Origin: a virus
IMG/VR virus record: IMGVR_UViG_3300025418_000011
Length of the DNA stretch: 64,000 nucleotides
Reading direction: 5' to 3' (one strand)
The notes under the pieces are model-generated. The model made no database searches and had not been told where the DNA came from. It saw only the letters and a list, made by a program, of their open reading frames with translations. The position numbers were made by a program, and so were the translations under genes. Below are positions 46,403 to 55,690 of the stretch, one piece after another (within the stretch, counting starts at the first letter, position 1; every line of letters begins with the position of its first letter).

Positions 46403-47685
46403 TATTCCGATATTATAGGTACTTTATACGCAGTTAATTGAATCATGTTCAATACCTGCCTCACATACCTTTCATTTATAAACGGAATACCTAAACCAAG
46501 ACTCATAAATTGCTTTCTTATTCCTTTGGAGAATAGGTGAGAGCTGTTAAAAAACTTATCATTCATCTCAAAAGGAACAACACTGTTTCCGTGATGAATG
46601 AATCCATGCCAGTAAAAAGAGTCTTCATTGTTCTCCGTTTTTTTACGTATCTCTTTTACCTCTAATGCAAAGTTTGTAAGCTGTTCCTCCTCACGCTCTT
46701 TAACCAAGAAATAAGAAGTACCCCTACGCACGAATGTTTTACCCTGCACGGTGAATTGCTGCTCTCTGGATTCTCTCCAAGAGCGCATCAAGTCTTCTCC
46801 AGATCTTTCACCTAATTCTTTGACTTGCTCATATGATAAGCTAGCCACATGGTGATGCAGGTTAGGAGTGCCCTCTTTACCAATCAAAAGATCCATAGGA
46901 TCTATGTTAAATTCAGACCTCCTGGCTTCGCTCCAAATCCTTATCAAACTAGAAGTATCTATTTCAGGAGGCAAATCTATGTTTTGATTTGTCCACCAGT
47001 CTGCTTTGTAATTCCATGTAAAGCCCTTCTTAATTTTTAGATCATTGAAATCAGCTAGTACGGTATCACAGAGCTTACCATACCATCCCATTTCACCGTT
47101 CATGTATATTTTTTCTCTTTCTTGGGGTGTCTGAAACTTAGCAATTTCTATAGAGCATATGTGTTTAGGTGAAACAAAAGTAGGAATCATTAATACCTTC
47201 TTATACTTCTGTTTTGGTCCGAGATTTAATTTAGGAAATGCTTTTACAACGTTTTCGGTAAGATAACCAATCTCGTTTTCCAGAAATCCAGGCATACCTG
47301 CCACTGTGAGGATATCCTTGAAATACATAACTTTATCTCCGTGCCTGGCTCTGTGAGATACAGCCTCCTCTTTTGACAACAACCAGGCACCTTGATACTG
47401 AGCATGTAGGTAATAGTTACTCCATAACTTTTTCTCTGCATACTCAGATCTAGGAAGCTTGAAATCCAAGCAGTCATCAAAATTATCTAATACAGTGGTG
47501 TATAATTTTGGCCAGTCATTAGCTTCAAAAAAATCAAACACAGTACCCACAAACGAAGAGGTTTTAGACCTTGCAAACCAACCAAACACTGGTATTCTTA
47601 CAAAATCAAAATCTTCTTCTCTTAGTCCCAATTTAGAGACTAGTCTGGGTAGATTAATTTTGCTATTAAAATCATTGATATTCAT
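46402..47685 (-). CDS. Hypothetical protein (C-terminus weakly resembles DUF927/primase-associated domains)
   Basis: 427 aa - strand ORF; QLTNFALEVKEI...WHGFI...F.MNDKFFNS is only weakly suggestive. Confidence 0.5.
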   Translation of the reverse strand: MNINDFNSKINLPRLVSKLGLREEDFDFVRIPVFGWFARSKTSSFVGTVFDFFEANDWPKLYTTVLDNFDDCLDFKLPRSEYAEKKLWSNYYLHAQYQGAWLLSKEEAVSHRARHGDKVMYFKDILTVAGMPGFLENEIGYLTENVVKAFPKLNLGPKQKYKKVLMIPTFVSPKHICSIEIAKFQTPQEREKIYMNGEMGWYGKLCDTVLADFNDLKIKKGFTWNYKADWWTNQNIDLPPEIDTSSLIRIWSEARRSEFNIDPMDLLIGKEGTPNLHHHVASLSYEQVKELGERSGEDLMRSWRESREQQFTVQGKTFVRRGTSYFLVKEREEEQLTNFALEVKEIRKKTENNEDSFYWHGFIHHGNSVVPFEMNDKFFNSSHLFSKGIRKQFMSLGLGIPFINERYVRQVLNMIQLTAYKVPIISE

Positions 47686-47709
47686 GTTAAAATAAGGTAA
47701 ATATAAATT

Positions 47710-48762
47710 ATGAGTTCATTCAACTTCGACCAGTCTACAGATTATTCAAATAAAGATCTTTATAAGCTCTTACGTGTTTCTGATTTGCCTGCATATGTGA
47801 AAACCGCATCTGTGGACGACTATGACACACTTCAAGGTCTTCCAAAAGAGGCGTTTGCAGATGAAACGAGAAGGATTTATCCCCTGAACACTCCTGCGCG
47901 TACTTTTGTAAGCAATGCATATTTTATTAGTAAGAAGGCCGATATACAGAAAATATACGGCGAAGGTTATACTAGTCAACTAGAAAACAAAATTAAAGAA
48001 GCCGCCGAAATCTTTGAGATTTCTGAGGATATCTCTAATTACTCTCAAGAGTTTGTTAAGCAGGCCAACTCTGATTACCCCGAACAATACCTCGGCCAAT
48101 TTGAATTGGCTGACGGCAATGTTCTAAATCTTTATCCTGTTAAAACTGCCGCAGACCTGAGGGAAAATGTTGAGCATATTGTGGGACACATGCATCAATA
48201 TCCATTCGCATGGAGAACCAAGATGGCCGAACAGGCTATTAAGATCGCCAAGGATTTATCCGTGGACGACATTCCTGACCTTCTCTTGAAATATGCTGGT
48301 TATTTTTATCCTGACTTCGGCGGCTTAAAGACCGAGGTGTGGAGAAGAAGCACAAAGCTTAAGCAGGCAGAACATAAAGAAATGTATGAAAAGCTCGCAG
48401 AAGACGTAGAGAATATCTCTTCTGTGGAAGAGGTTATGAAGCTGGCTGAAACTCTTTTCCATGTGGAAAACATGGAAGGGTTATATGATAACGTCAAGAT
48501 TGCCCAGATTTTAAAAGATCCTGTGGACATGATATTCACCAAGAGCATAGATAAGGTCGCAGAAGATCTTAACTTTATAGAAGCTCACGGAGATAAGTAT
48601 TTAGTAGATGACTTGCAGAAAGTTGGTAAGGATAAGTATGAGGAAGCTTTTGGTTTTGATCTGGATCCTACGGACTCAGTGAAACTGGCTGAGGTTTTCC
48701 CCACCATGCCTAGGTCAGACATTAAGTTATTCGAAGAAATTTCGGGAGTTAGACCCGTATAA
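47710..48762 (+). CDS. Acidic hypothetical protein, possibly internal head protein
   Basis: 350 aa; AFADETRRIYPLNT motif; repeated KTAS/KQAN/KTAA/KQAE. Confidence 0.55.
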   Translation: MSSFNFDQSTDYSNKDLYKLLRVSDLPAYVKTASVDDYDTLQGLPKEAFADETRRIYPLNTPARTFVSNAYFISKKADIQKIYGEGYTSQLENKIKEAAEIFEISEDISNYSQEFVKQANSDYPEQYLGQFELADGNVLNLYPVKTAADLRENVEHIVGHMHQYPFAWRTKMAEQAIKIAKDLSVDDIPDLLLKYAGYFYPDFGGLKTEVWRRSTKLKQAEHKEMYEKLAEDVENISSVEEVMKLAETLFHVENMEGLYDNVKIAQILKDPVDMIFTKSIDKVAEDLNFIEAHGDKYLVDDLQKVGKDKYEEAFGFDLDPTDSVKLAEVFPTMPRSDIKLFEEISGVRPV

Positions 48763-48785
48763 TAAATAAAAATAAAATAAACAAT

Positions 48786-48828
48786 ACCTCCCACGCCTCT
48801 CAACGATGCGCACCAAGGGAGGTTTTTT
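48786..48828 (+). terminator. Intrinsic terminator with long loop
   Basis: ACCTCCC/GGGAGGT followed by a T-tract. Confidence 0.6.
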
Positions 48829-48848
48829 ATTTTACACACCCACACAAA

Positions 48849-49070
48849 ATGAAAGTAAACCACAGAACAAAATTATTATTTAGAAGCTATACAGGTAGAG
48901 TTAATGTAACATTTATGATATTGTTTTCTATTTGTGTTATTTGGGCATATGTAAGTTATTTGGATAAAGTTAAAAAAGATGCAACTATTCCTTGGTACGC
49001 CCTGTTTTTCAGGGTTAGCCCACAGCCTTCATGGAACTACGCCTCACCCTTCGATGGGCAAAGCAAATGA
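48849..49070 (+). CDS. Small membrane protein
   Basis: 73 aa with one hydrophobic segment. Confidence 0.5.
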   Translation: MKVNHRTKLLFRSYTGRVNVTFMILFSICVIWAYVSYLDKVKKDATIPWYALFFRVSPQPSWNYASPFDGQSK

Positions 49071-49258
49071 AATATGAAGTAAAAATAAAGAAGATATATA
49101 GCTTGATAATACCTGTGGAAGCAGATGCCCCATGGGAAGCTAAAGACAAAGCTGCCGAAATTTTAAAATCAGGAAAGTATCCTGACGGCTCAAAATTACA
49201 ACCATTCAAATATGAACAAACCCTACCTCCAGTAGAGTGGGGGTTCTGGGAGATATAA
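49067..49258 (+). CDS. Small hypothetical protein
   Basis: MKYEVKIKKIY...VEA..AWEA pattern; ATGA overlap. Confidence 0.55.
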   Translation: MKYEVKIKKIYSLIIPVEADAPWEAKDKAAEILKSGKYPDGSKLQPFKYEQTLPPVEWGFWEI

Positions 49259-49260
49259 AT

Positions 49261-49728
49261 ATGCAACCTGTAGTTAAAGTATTTTGGGAGAAAGGTAGAC
49301 ATGCAAGGCGGATAGAACCTCCTGTGGATTTATTGGATTGGAGGAACACAGACTTAAAAGATATACTCATCAACTGCAGAGCCGAAGGCTATAACACCAT
49401 AATTATAGCCAGGCCTCAGTTATGGCTTAAAACCTATTACAAGGTATTTTGCGTAATTTGGTCTCTGTTGGAAAACCCGTTCCATAATCCCGGAGCATAT
49501 AATGACGAAAATCCTTGGCATTTATGGTCCAGCTCTTCTTGTAAGTTATATTACAAAAATACAACCATACACAGGAGCCAGTGGACTTGTGATAGGATTA
49601 ATTTTGACAGCTGGACAAATATACCTATAGAGACCACAGAAAGAGTGCATGCCGCGGTACAAATGATTTATAATCAGGGTAAAGAGTATTTCACTATGGA
49701 GGAACCACCTCCGCAGCAAAATAATTAA
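49261..49728 (+). CDS. Hypothetical protein
   Basis: About 155 aa from ATG 49261. Confidence 0.5.
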   Translation: MQPVVKVFWEKGRHARRIEPPVDLLDWRNTDLKDILINCRAEGYNTIIIARPQLWLKTYYKVFCVIWSLLENPFHNPGAYNDENPWHLWSSSSCKLYYKNTTIHRSQWTCDRINFDSWTNIPIETTERVHAAVQMIYNQGKEYFTMEEPPPQQNN

Positions 49729-49782
49729 TCCATCTCTTGCAAAAGAGTATAATCATTGATATCTTATCTGAACTTGAATTAA

Positions 49783-49855
49783 CGCAGGGTGGACAAGCGG
49801 TTAAGTCGCGTGGCTCATAATCACGAGATCCCGGGTTCGATCCCCGGCCCTGCCA
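49783..49855 (+). tRNA. tRNA-CAT, initiator-like but non-canonical
   Basis: C1xC72 mismatch, A11-U24, CTCATAA loop, CCGGG TTCGATC CCCGG; anticodon stem CGTGG/TCACG. Confidence 0.9.
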
Positions 49856-49870
49856 AATTCTAATCTTCTC

Positions 49871-50425
49871 ATGAAATCCTCTAAAGAAATATTAAAAGAC
49901 GAAACTGCCCCATTAATGGCCCTATTATATGTTATTCAGAAAGCGTTTGGGGTAGACTCTTTTAGTTGGGAGCCACAGATTCTTAGAAATGAATTAGAGC
50001 ATGAGTTTGATGTCACTCTAACAGATTTACAATCTGATAAACTGCAGGCCGCGCTTACCATATTAACAACTAATATGTACGAGACTGACCTGAGAACTTT
50101 TGAGGTTTGTACTAGCTTAATAAATCATAATCATCAAGATTTTGAAGACTTTGAGCCTTTAGAGGCCGAGGAGCTTATTGTGGGCATGACAGAGGTTATG
50201 TTACTCAAGATGGAAGAACTAGAATACAGCCAGGCGGTTAGAGCCTATGCTGGGTGGGTATTCCATGAATACGGCTTCTGCAAGGCTCCTGATTTATTTC
50301 CTGATGCTATTATGCCAGAAGGATATCCTACTGACGGAGATGATACAGAGAAGAACAAAGCGTTAGAAGAAATATTTAACATGAAAGTAGACAAGGTTAC
50401 AGAATATATGACAAAACACAGCTAA
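49871..50425 (+). CDS. Acidic hypothetical protein
   Basis: 184 aa ORF. Confidence 0.6.
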   Translation: MKSSKEILKDETAPLMALLYVIQKAFGVDSFSWEPQILRNELEHEFDVTLTDLQSDKLQAALTILTTNMYETDLRTFEVCTSLINHNHQDFEDFEPLEAEELIVGMTEVMLLKMEELEYSQAVRAYAGWVFHEYGFCKAPDLFPDAIMPEGYPTDGDDTEKNKALEEIFNMKVDKVTEYMTKHS

Positions 50426-50426
50426 T

Positions 50427-51563
50427 ATGATCAGAGACAACACACACCTGTTCGAGGCACCAGCTGCCTTAGGACAAATCCGAATAGAGTATTTGTATAA
50501 CCTAAAGTATGGAACAATTCCATCTAAGTTGAACATTAATGAATCTCTATATGCAGACAAAACAATCAAATATGTATCCAAGCATTTTGATAGCTTCTCG
50601 ATAGAATATACTTCTAGAGGCGACTCATTATCTCGTGGTACTTATTGGATAGGTAAAGTCGGCACAACTTTCGAGGGAGTAGTATTAGAAACTAGCGACT
50701 CAGAGCATGGTGAGTATCCGTCTATATCAGGAGAAGAGTTTGCTATCAGAAGAAGAGGCGGTAAAAAGAAATCTGAAGAACCAGAGCTTTGCACAATATC
50801 GGCTGTAGGTCCTGATGAAAAAGTATTAAAGAAACTTTGGGAAACCTTAAAAGAGTTTAAGTATGTATCCAAGTCAAAGATATATCTATTAGCTACACAG
50901 TATGGTGAGGTAACTTTAAAGCCCTTGGATGTGCCTGAATCTACTTCTGATTTAGCTCTAAACTACGGCTCTAAATTTCCACCTCTGCACGACGAGATAA
51001 TAAATTCTCTAAACAATAAGAGCTCTGGCTTGTACTTGTTCTACGGAGAACCAGGCACAGGAAAGTCCTCATATATTAAGCATTTGTTATCTGTGATCTC
51101 AGAGAGAAAGATTGTTTATATCCCTATCAATCTTATAGACCATTTGATTTCACCAGACTTTATTCCGTTGCTCATGAACAATAGGAATATGATCTTGGTG
51201 ATAGAAGACGCAGAAAAGGCTCTGGTATCTCGTGAAGAGAATACCGGTAACGCATCCATTGTGTCTGCTATTCTGAATCTTACAGACAGCTTTATCAGCA
51301 GCACATTGAATGTAACTATCATAGCCACATTCAATACAAAGAAAGAAAATCTTGATAAGGCCCTCCTTAGAAAAGGTAGGTTAAAGTTCAGTCATGAGTT
51401 CGATAAGTTAAGTGTGGAAGATGCTCAGAAGTTAATAGACTCTCTAAAGATAGACCATAAAGTAGAATCGCCTATGACTATCGCAGAAATTTATTATCTC
51501 ACGGAGGATAACCACCTTAAAGAAGAAGAGCCCAAAAAAGTTATTGGGTTTGGAGGAGTTTAA
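50427..51563 (+). CDS. AAA+ ATPase (BCS1-like)
   Basis: Walker A YGEPGTGKS, Walker B LVIEDAE, IATFN, LDKALLRKGRL arginine finger. Confidence 0.9.
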   Translation: MIRDNTHLFEAPAALGQIRIEYLYNLKYGTIPSKLNINESLYADKTIKYVSKHFDSFSIEYTSRGDSLSRGTYWIGKVGTTFEGVVLETSDSEHGEYPSISGEEFAIRRRGGKKKSEEPELCTISAVGPDEKVLKKLWETLKEFKYVSKSKIYLLATQYGEVTLKPLDVPESTSDLALNYGSKFPPLHDEIINSLNNKSSGLYLFYGEPGTGKSSYIKHLLSVISERKIVYIPINLIDHLISPDFIPLLMNNRNMILVIEDAEKALVSREENTGNASIVSAILNLTDSFISSTLNVTIIATFNTKKENLDKALLRKGRLKFSHEFDKLSVEDAQKLIDSLKIDHKVESPMTIAEIYYLTEDNHLKEEEPKKVIGFGGV

Positions 51564-53263
51564 ATCTCCCTAGCACTGCTACTTGCGCCCTGGAGAACAA
51601 TATCTCCAGCGGCCATGTAGGCGGCGCAAGCGGCGAATACAAGGCTGTGCATGGCGTCGTCGGGCTGGTTGGGATTATGGTTATAGAACATCTCCTGGCC
51701 ATACAGGCCGTCTTTTACTTCAACATATACGTTTAAAAGATCCTGCATATAGTCAGACACATCTTCCCAGTTAGGAAACAGGATCTTGCCTTCTTTTATT
51801 TGACGGATCACCAGAGATATAACATCAGACCTGTGCAGTATCCATCTGTTTTGTCGCCAGTCATAGTCACCCATGTCAAAGTACTGAATCACTTTACTGC
51901 GTCTATATGCAGCTAACTGTGATCTTGTTGGGCTGGTCATTTCGCAGAGTTTTATTCCTCTGATAGGATCAGGTCCAGAGTCAGACACACAATAGGCATT
52001 ATAGCCATTTGCTATCTCGGATATGCTCTTTATGTGTGCTTCATGATCAAAACCAGAAAAAATCTTAACAAAAAATACTTCAAATATCCCATCGTTTCTC
52101 AATGCTCCAACAGTGCATACTGTTCTGCTCTGCACCATAGAAACACCCCAATCCACACCCACAGTAAATATTTTATACCTTCCCCTATTCTTCAAGAATA
52201 CGGCATGCTTATCGCTGCCAGGCTCAATCATATTACCAAGTACACAATTCTTTCTAAGTTCTTCTTCAGTAATTGGCTTTGTACCTATATCAAAGCTCAA
52301 GCCCAGTACCTCATTCATTATCTTTTTCTGATCATATTTTCCGCTAGTGCATTTTTCATAAATTTCTTTCCACTCTTTTTCGCTCTCGTTGAAGAATGGT
52401 AAGATTGGCTGCGCAAGATGATATCCCGTCATTAAAAAATTCTTGGGATTACCCGCAGCCCATTCTCCTTGCCTAGCATCTAATTTTTTAGAGCATTTTG
52501 AACAACTCAATCCATGAGGTAAAATCATTTTCATAGGGTCATTGCCTTCTGTAAGGCTATTCCAATGCCCACACCCACAACGCATCATCCACTCCAGTTG
52601 GTTTGTTGTTTTCCACAAACTATGAATAGTATTCGAGGAGTCTAACGGCGTACCTGCGAATATCTCTCGTTTGTAAGGACTCAATGCCATTGTTTCCTGG
52701 ATAATAGGTATCTGGTCATAATGTATGTCCTGCACCTCATCATAAACAATACAATCCACGGCGGGACCACGAACTCGCGTTGCATCATCTTTAACATAAC
52801 GAAACAAGATACTACTTCTAGTGTCCCCTAAAATCTTTTCAAACACATCATTCTTATCCCAGCCTTTCACCAACATATTCTTAACCTTAGGGCTATCAAA
52901 TCTAGGTGGAAGGTAATTACTAGAAAAATATTTAACAGTTAACTCCTGCGGACCAATATATAGTAGCTTGTAGTAATTCCATCTCAACATGTTTAAACAA
53001 ACGAAATTACTCAAAAGTGTACTCTTCAAAGTTTTACGACTGCACTTAAGGAGCAATTTCTGCGGCATATTGTCATAAATATGCTTAAGCATCGGGAAAT
53101 CATTTAAATCTTGAAGCCTGCCCTCATTATCAAACAAGTAGTTCTCGACAAAATGAGAGGGAGGAAGTACCGAAAACATTAGCTGTCGAGCACGAAAAAC
53201 TGACTCCTTGGTTCCTGCCTTGAGCAGTTTTTCTATAGTTTCTTTAACATCGTAATGGGACAT
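51560..53263 (-). CDS. terL: Terminase large subunit (gpA-like)
   Basis: SRKTLKST (Walker A variant), RVRG...YDEVQD (Walker B), AGTP coupling motif, CGCGHWN/CSKC Zn motif, GVDWG and PDDAMHS nuclease motifs. Confidence 0.88.
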   Translation of the reverse strand: MSHYDVKETIEKLLKAGTKESVFRARQLMFSVLPPSHFVENYLFDNEGRLQDLNDFPMLKHIYDNMPQKLLLKCSRKTLKSTLLSNFVCLNMLRWNYYKLLYIGPQELTVKYFSSNYLPPRFDSPKVKNMLVKGWDKNDVFEKILGDTRSSILFRYVKDDATRVRGPAVDCIVYDEVQDIHYDQIPIIQETMALSPYKREIFAGTPLDSSNTIHSLWKTTNQLEWMMRCGCGHWNSLTEGNDPMKMILPHGLSCSKCSKKLDARQGEWAAGNPKNFLMTGYHLAQPILPFFNESEKEWKEIYEKCTSGKYDQKKIMNEVLGLSFDIGTKPITEEELRKNCVLGNMIEPGSDKHAVFLKNRGRYKIFTVGVDWGVSMVQSRTVCTVGALRNDGIFEVFFVKIFSGFDHEAHIKSISEIANGYNAYCVSDSGPDPIRGIKLCEMTSPTRSQLAAYRRSKVIQYFDMGDYDWRQNRWILHRSDVISLVIRQIKEGKILFPNWEDVSDYMQDLLNVYVEVKDGLYGQEMFYNHNPNQPDDAMHSLVFAACAAYMAAGDIVLQGASSSAREI

Positions 53264-53432
53264 AGTACAAGAAAGAAGTTAGGTAAAAATCAAAAACAAA
53301 TCAACAACTTTGTTACAATATATAATTTTACATATGAAGCGCTCGAATCGCTTATTTCAGTTGTTACCCCAAAGGCAGAGGTAAATAAAAAATATTACCC
53401 AGTATATAGGAAAAGGTAGTATAATCGTAGTT

Positions 53433-53630
53433 ATGAGTAAAACAGCAATTTATTATAAGGTCAGAGACAGGCTTAAACAATATGTATCTCCGGTAATAAA
53501 GCCGCTATTAGATAAATATTATACAGGCAGTAGCAAGTCTGCTCAGCGCAAGGATTTGGCGGATAGTTATGCCCAACAGGTGCAACCCCCTCCTCAGCCG
53601 CAGGCACCACCTAGGCCAAAGAAAGTATAA
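53433..53630 (+). CDS. Small basic protein, probably leaderless
   Basis: 65 aa; TATAAT 7 nt upstream of the ATG. Confidence 0.55.
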   Translation: MSKTAIYYKVRDRLKQYVSPVIKPLLDKYYTGSSKSAQRKDLADSYAQQVQPPPQPQAPPRPKKV

Positions 53631-53651
53631 ACCAGCAAGCTAACACACACA

Positions 53652-54116
53652 TTGAAAAAAAAGGCTAAAAAGGTTAATAAAAAGACAGAAGTAGTAGAGG
53701 TAAAAAAGAGAGGCAGAGGACGCCCAAGAAAAGTAATTCAGCCAGAGCCTCCTGTTGCGGTTAAAAGGAAAAGAGGTAGACCTCCAAAGGTTGTATTAGC
53801 ACCACAAGTTGTGGTTACAAAAGCCAAGCCTAAAAACAAACCGCGAGAGTCAAAGCCTGCTGTTGTTAAGACAATAAAAAAGCAAGTAACCCCGTCGAAT
53901 TCGACGGAGTTTAAAATAAGCTCTCATGAGCTGTATGGTGCAGCTGTTTGGTTGCTATCGAAGTTACCTCATCACGAGGATGAATATATCAAGAAGATGG
54001 CCAGAAAGAGAGGTACAACACCATTGAATACCATCATGGAGCATATGCTAGACTTTTTTGGCGTTAAAGGCACAGAAATCGGACAGTTACTAAAAGAAAC
54101 ACACAAACCACAATAA
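53652..54116 (+). CDS. AT-hook DNA-binding protein
   Basis: KKRGRGRPRK and KRKRGRPPK AT-hooks, very basic N-half, helical C-domain; TTG start. Confidence 0.7.
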   Translation: MKKKAKKVNKKTEVVEVKKRGRGRPRKVIQPEPPVAVKRKRGRPPKVVLAPQVVVTKAKPKNKPRESKPAVVKTIKKQVTPSNSTEFKISSHELYGAAVWLLSKLPHHEDEYIKKMARKRGTTPLNTIMEHMLDFFGVKGTEIGQLLKETHKPQ

Positions 54117-54120
54117 ACAC

Positions 54121-55689
54121 ATGGAATTCACACAAAAATTCAAAAATTATTACAAAGCACATTATCCTAGCCTGTTCATTCTCACCCACGAGGAAGAACG
54201 GGTGGTTAAGGACTTATTAGAGTTATTCTCTAATGACCAGGTTACAAAATTACATGCCTGGGATGCTCAGCGAGGGTTGGTTAATTTGAAAGATAATAAT
54301 CAAAACCATCCCGAAGGGCTTAACAACAGCACAGAGCTTCTCAAGTATCTGCAAGGATACAGAGAAGAGGATAATATCTTTATCCTAAAAGATTTTCACC
54401 TGCATTTCGACAAGGTGATTAACATTCGTTTACTCAGGAATCTTTGGAACATTCTAAAGAGTAAGGGCAATATGATTGTATTGGTTGGTCATAAGTTTGC
54501 AATCCCTGCGGAGATGGAGAAAGAAATCCAGCTTATAGATTATGATCTTCCGGGTGTTAAAAGCATAGGAGAACGCCTGGACTACATCATCGACTCTGTT
54601 AATAAAGCCAGAGAAGATAAAAAGATGGAGATCATAGAGGTTCCCCAGGACATCAAAGAGGCAGCTATAGAGGCAGCCAAGGGTATGACCTTTGGAGAAA
54701 TTGAGAATGCGTTTGCAATGGCATATACCTCTGCAAAAACATTCAACAAAGAATTCACCTCCACGGTGTTTGATGAGAAGATCCAGCAACTCAAGAAGAA
54801 TGGATTGCTCACATATATCCCTAGCGATATCTCATTTGATAACGTAGGTGGTTTGAGCGGGCTTAAGAGCTGGATTCATTCCAGGAAGAAGGCGTACACC
54901 CAAGAAGCCAGGGAATACAAACTCCCTCTCCCAAAGGGTATTCTCATTGCGTCTGTGCCGGGTACAGGTAAAACGCTGATCAGTAAGTCTATTGCCAAAG
55001 AATTCGATTGCCCATTGTTTCAGTTTGATATGGGCTCCGTGTTCGACTCGCATGTAGGTAACAGTGAGCGTAATATGCGAGAAGCTATCAAGGTAATCGA
55101 GAGTATCGGCAAATGCGTTATTCTTATTGATGAGATAGAAAAGAGCCTCAGTAAGGATGCCGTATCAGGTAAGGGAGACACAGGTGTTAGCTCTCGTATT
55201 TTCGGTACATTCCTTGGCTGGTTGAATGATCGTACTAACCCTGCGTTCATTGTGGCCACATCGAACGATCACACTATTCTTCCTTCCCCTCTTATTCGCA
55301 AAGGTAGGTTTGACCAGCTTTTCTGGGTAGATCTTCCTTCAGAGCAGGAGCGTAAAGAGATCTTTAGCGTGGTGCTTAAGAAGTATGGTAGAACCCCCGA
55401 TAACTATAACCTGAAGAAGTTCGTGGATGAATCCGACGAGTTCACAGGCGCAGAGATCGAGGATGTTATAAAGTCAGCATTGTTCAGGGCGTTTTACGCC
55501 GGTAAAGAAATATCAGATAAAGAAGTATTGGCAGAACTTGACGAGTTCATCCCGTTCGCTCATTCGCACGAGGAGGACTTGCAAATCATGCGTAAACAGG
55601 CTCGCGGTAAGCTGGTTATGCTTAACGACGAGGGAGAAACACAAACAGTAGAAACCGCTATGCGCAAGCTTAGCATATCAATGGACTAA
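54121..55689 (+). CDS. Ycf46/SpoVK-like AAA+ ATPase
   Basis: YYKAHYPSLFILTHEEERV N-terminus, LKDFH, DNVGGLSGLKSWI, PKGILIASVPGTGKT, LIDEIEK, IRKGRFD. Confidence 0.9.
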   Translation: MEFTQKFKNYYKAHYPSLFILTHEEERVVKDLLELFSNDQVTKLHAWDAQRGLVNLKDNNQNHPEGLNNSTELLKYLQGYREEDNIFILKDFHLHFDKVINIRLLRNLWNILKSKGNMIVLVGHKFAIPAEMEKEIQLIDYDLPGVKSIGERLDYIIDSVNKAREDKKMEIIEVPQDIKEAAIEAAKGMTFGEIENAFAMAYTSAKTFNKEFTSTVFDEKIQQLKKNGLLTYIPSDISFDNVGGLSGLKSWIHSRKKAYTQEAREYKLPLPKGILIASVPGTGKTLISKSIAKEFDCPLFQFDMGSVFDSHVGNSERNMREAIKVIESIGKCVILIDEIEKSLSKDAVSGKGDTGVSSRIFGTFLGWLNDRTNPAFIVATSNDHTILPSPLIRKGRFDQLFWVDLPSEQERKEIFSVVLKKYGRTPDNYNLKKFVDESDEFTGAEIEDVIKSALFRAFYAGKEISDKEVLAELDEFIPFAHSHEEDLQIMRKQARGKLVMLNDEGETQTVETAMRKLSISMD

Positions 55690-55690
55690 C

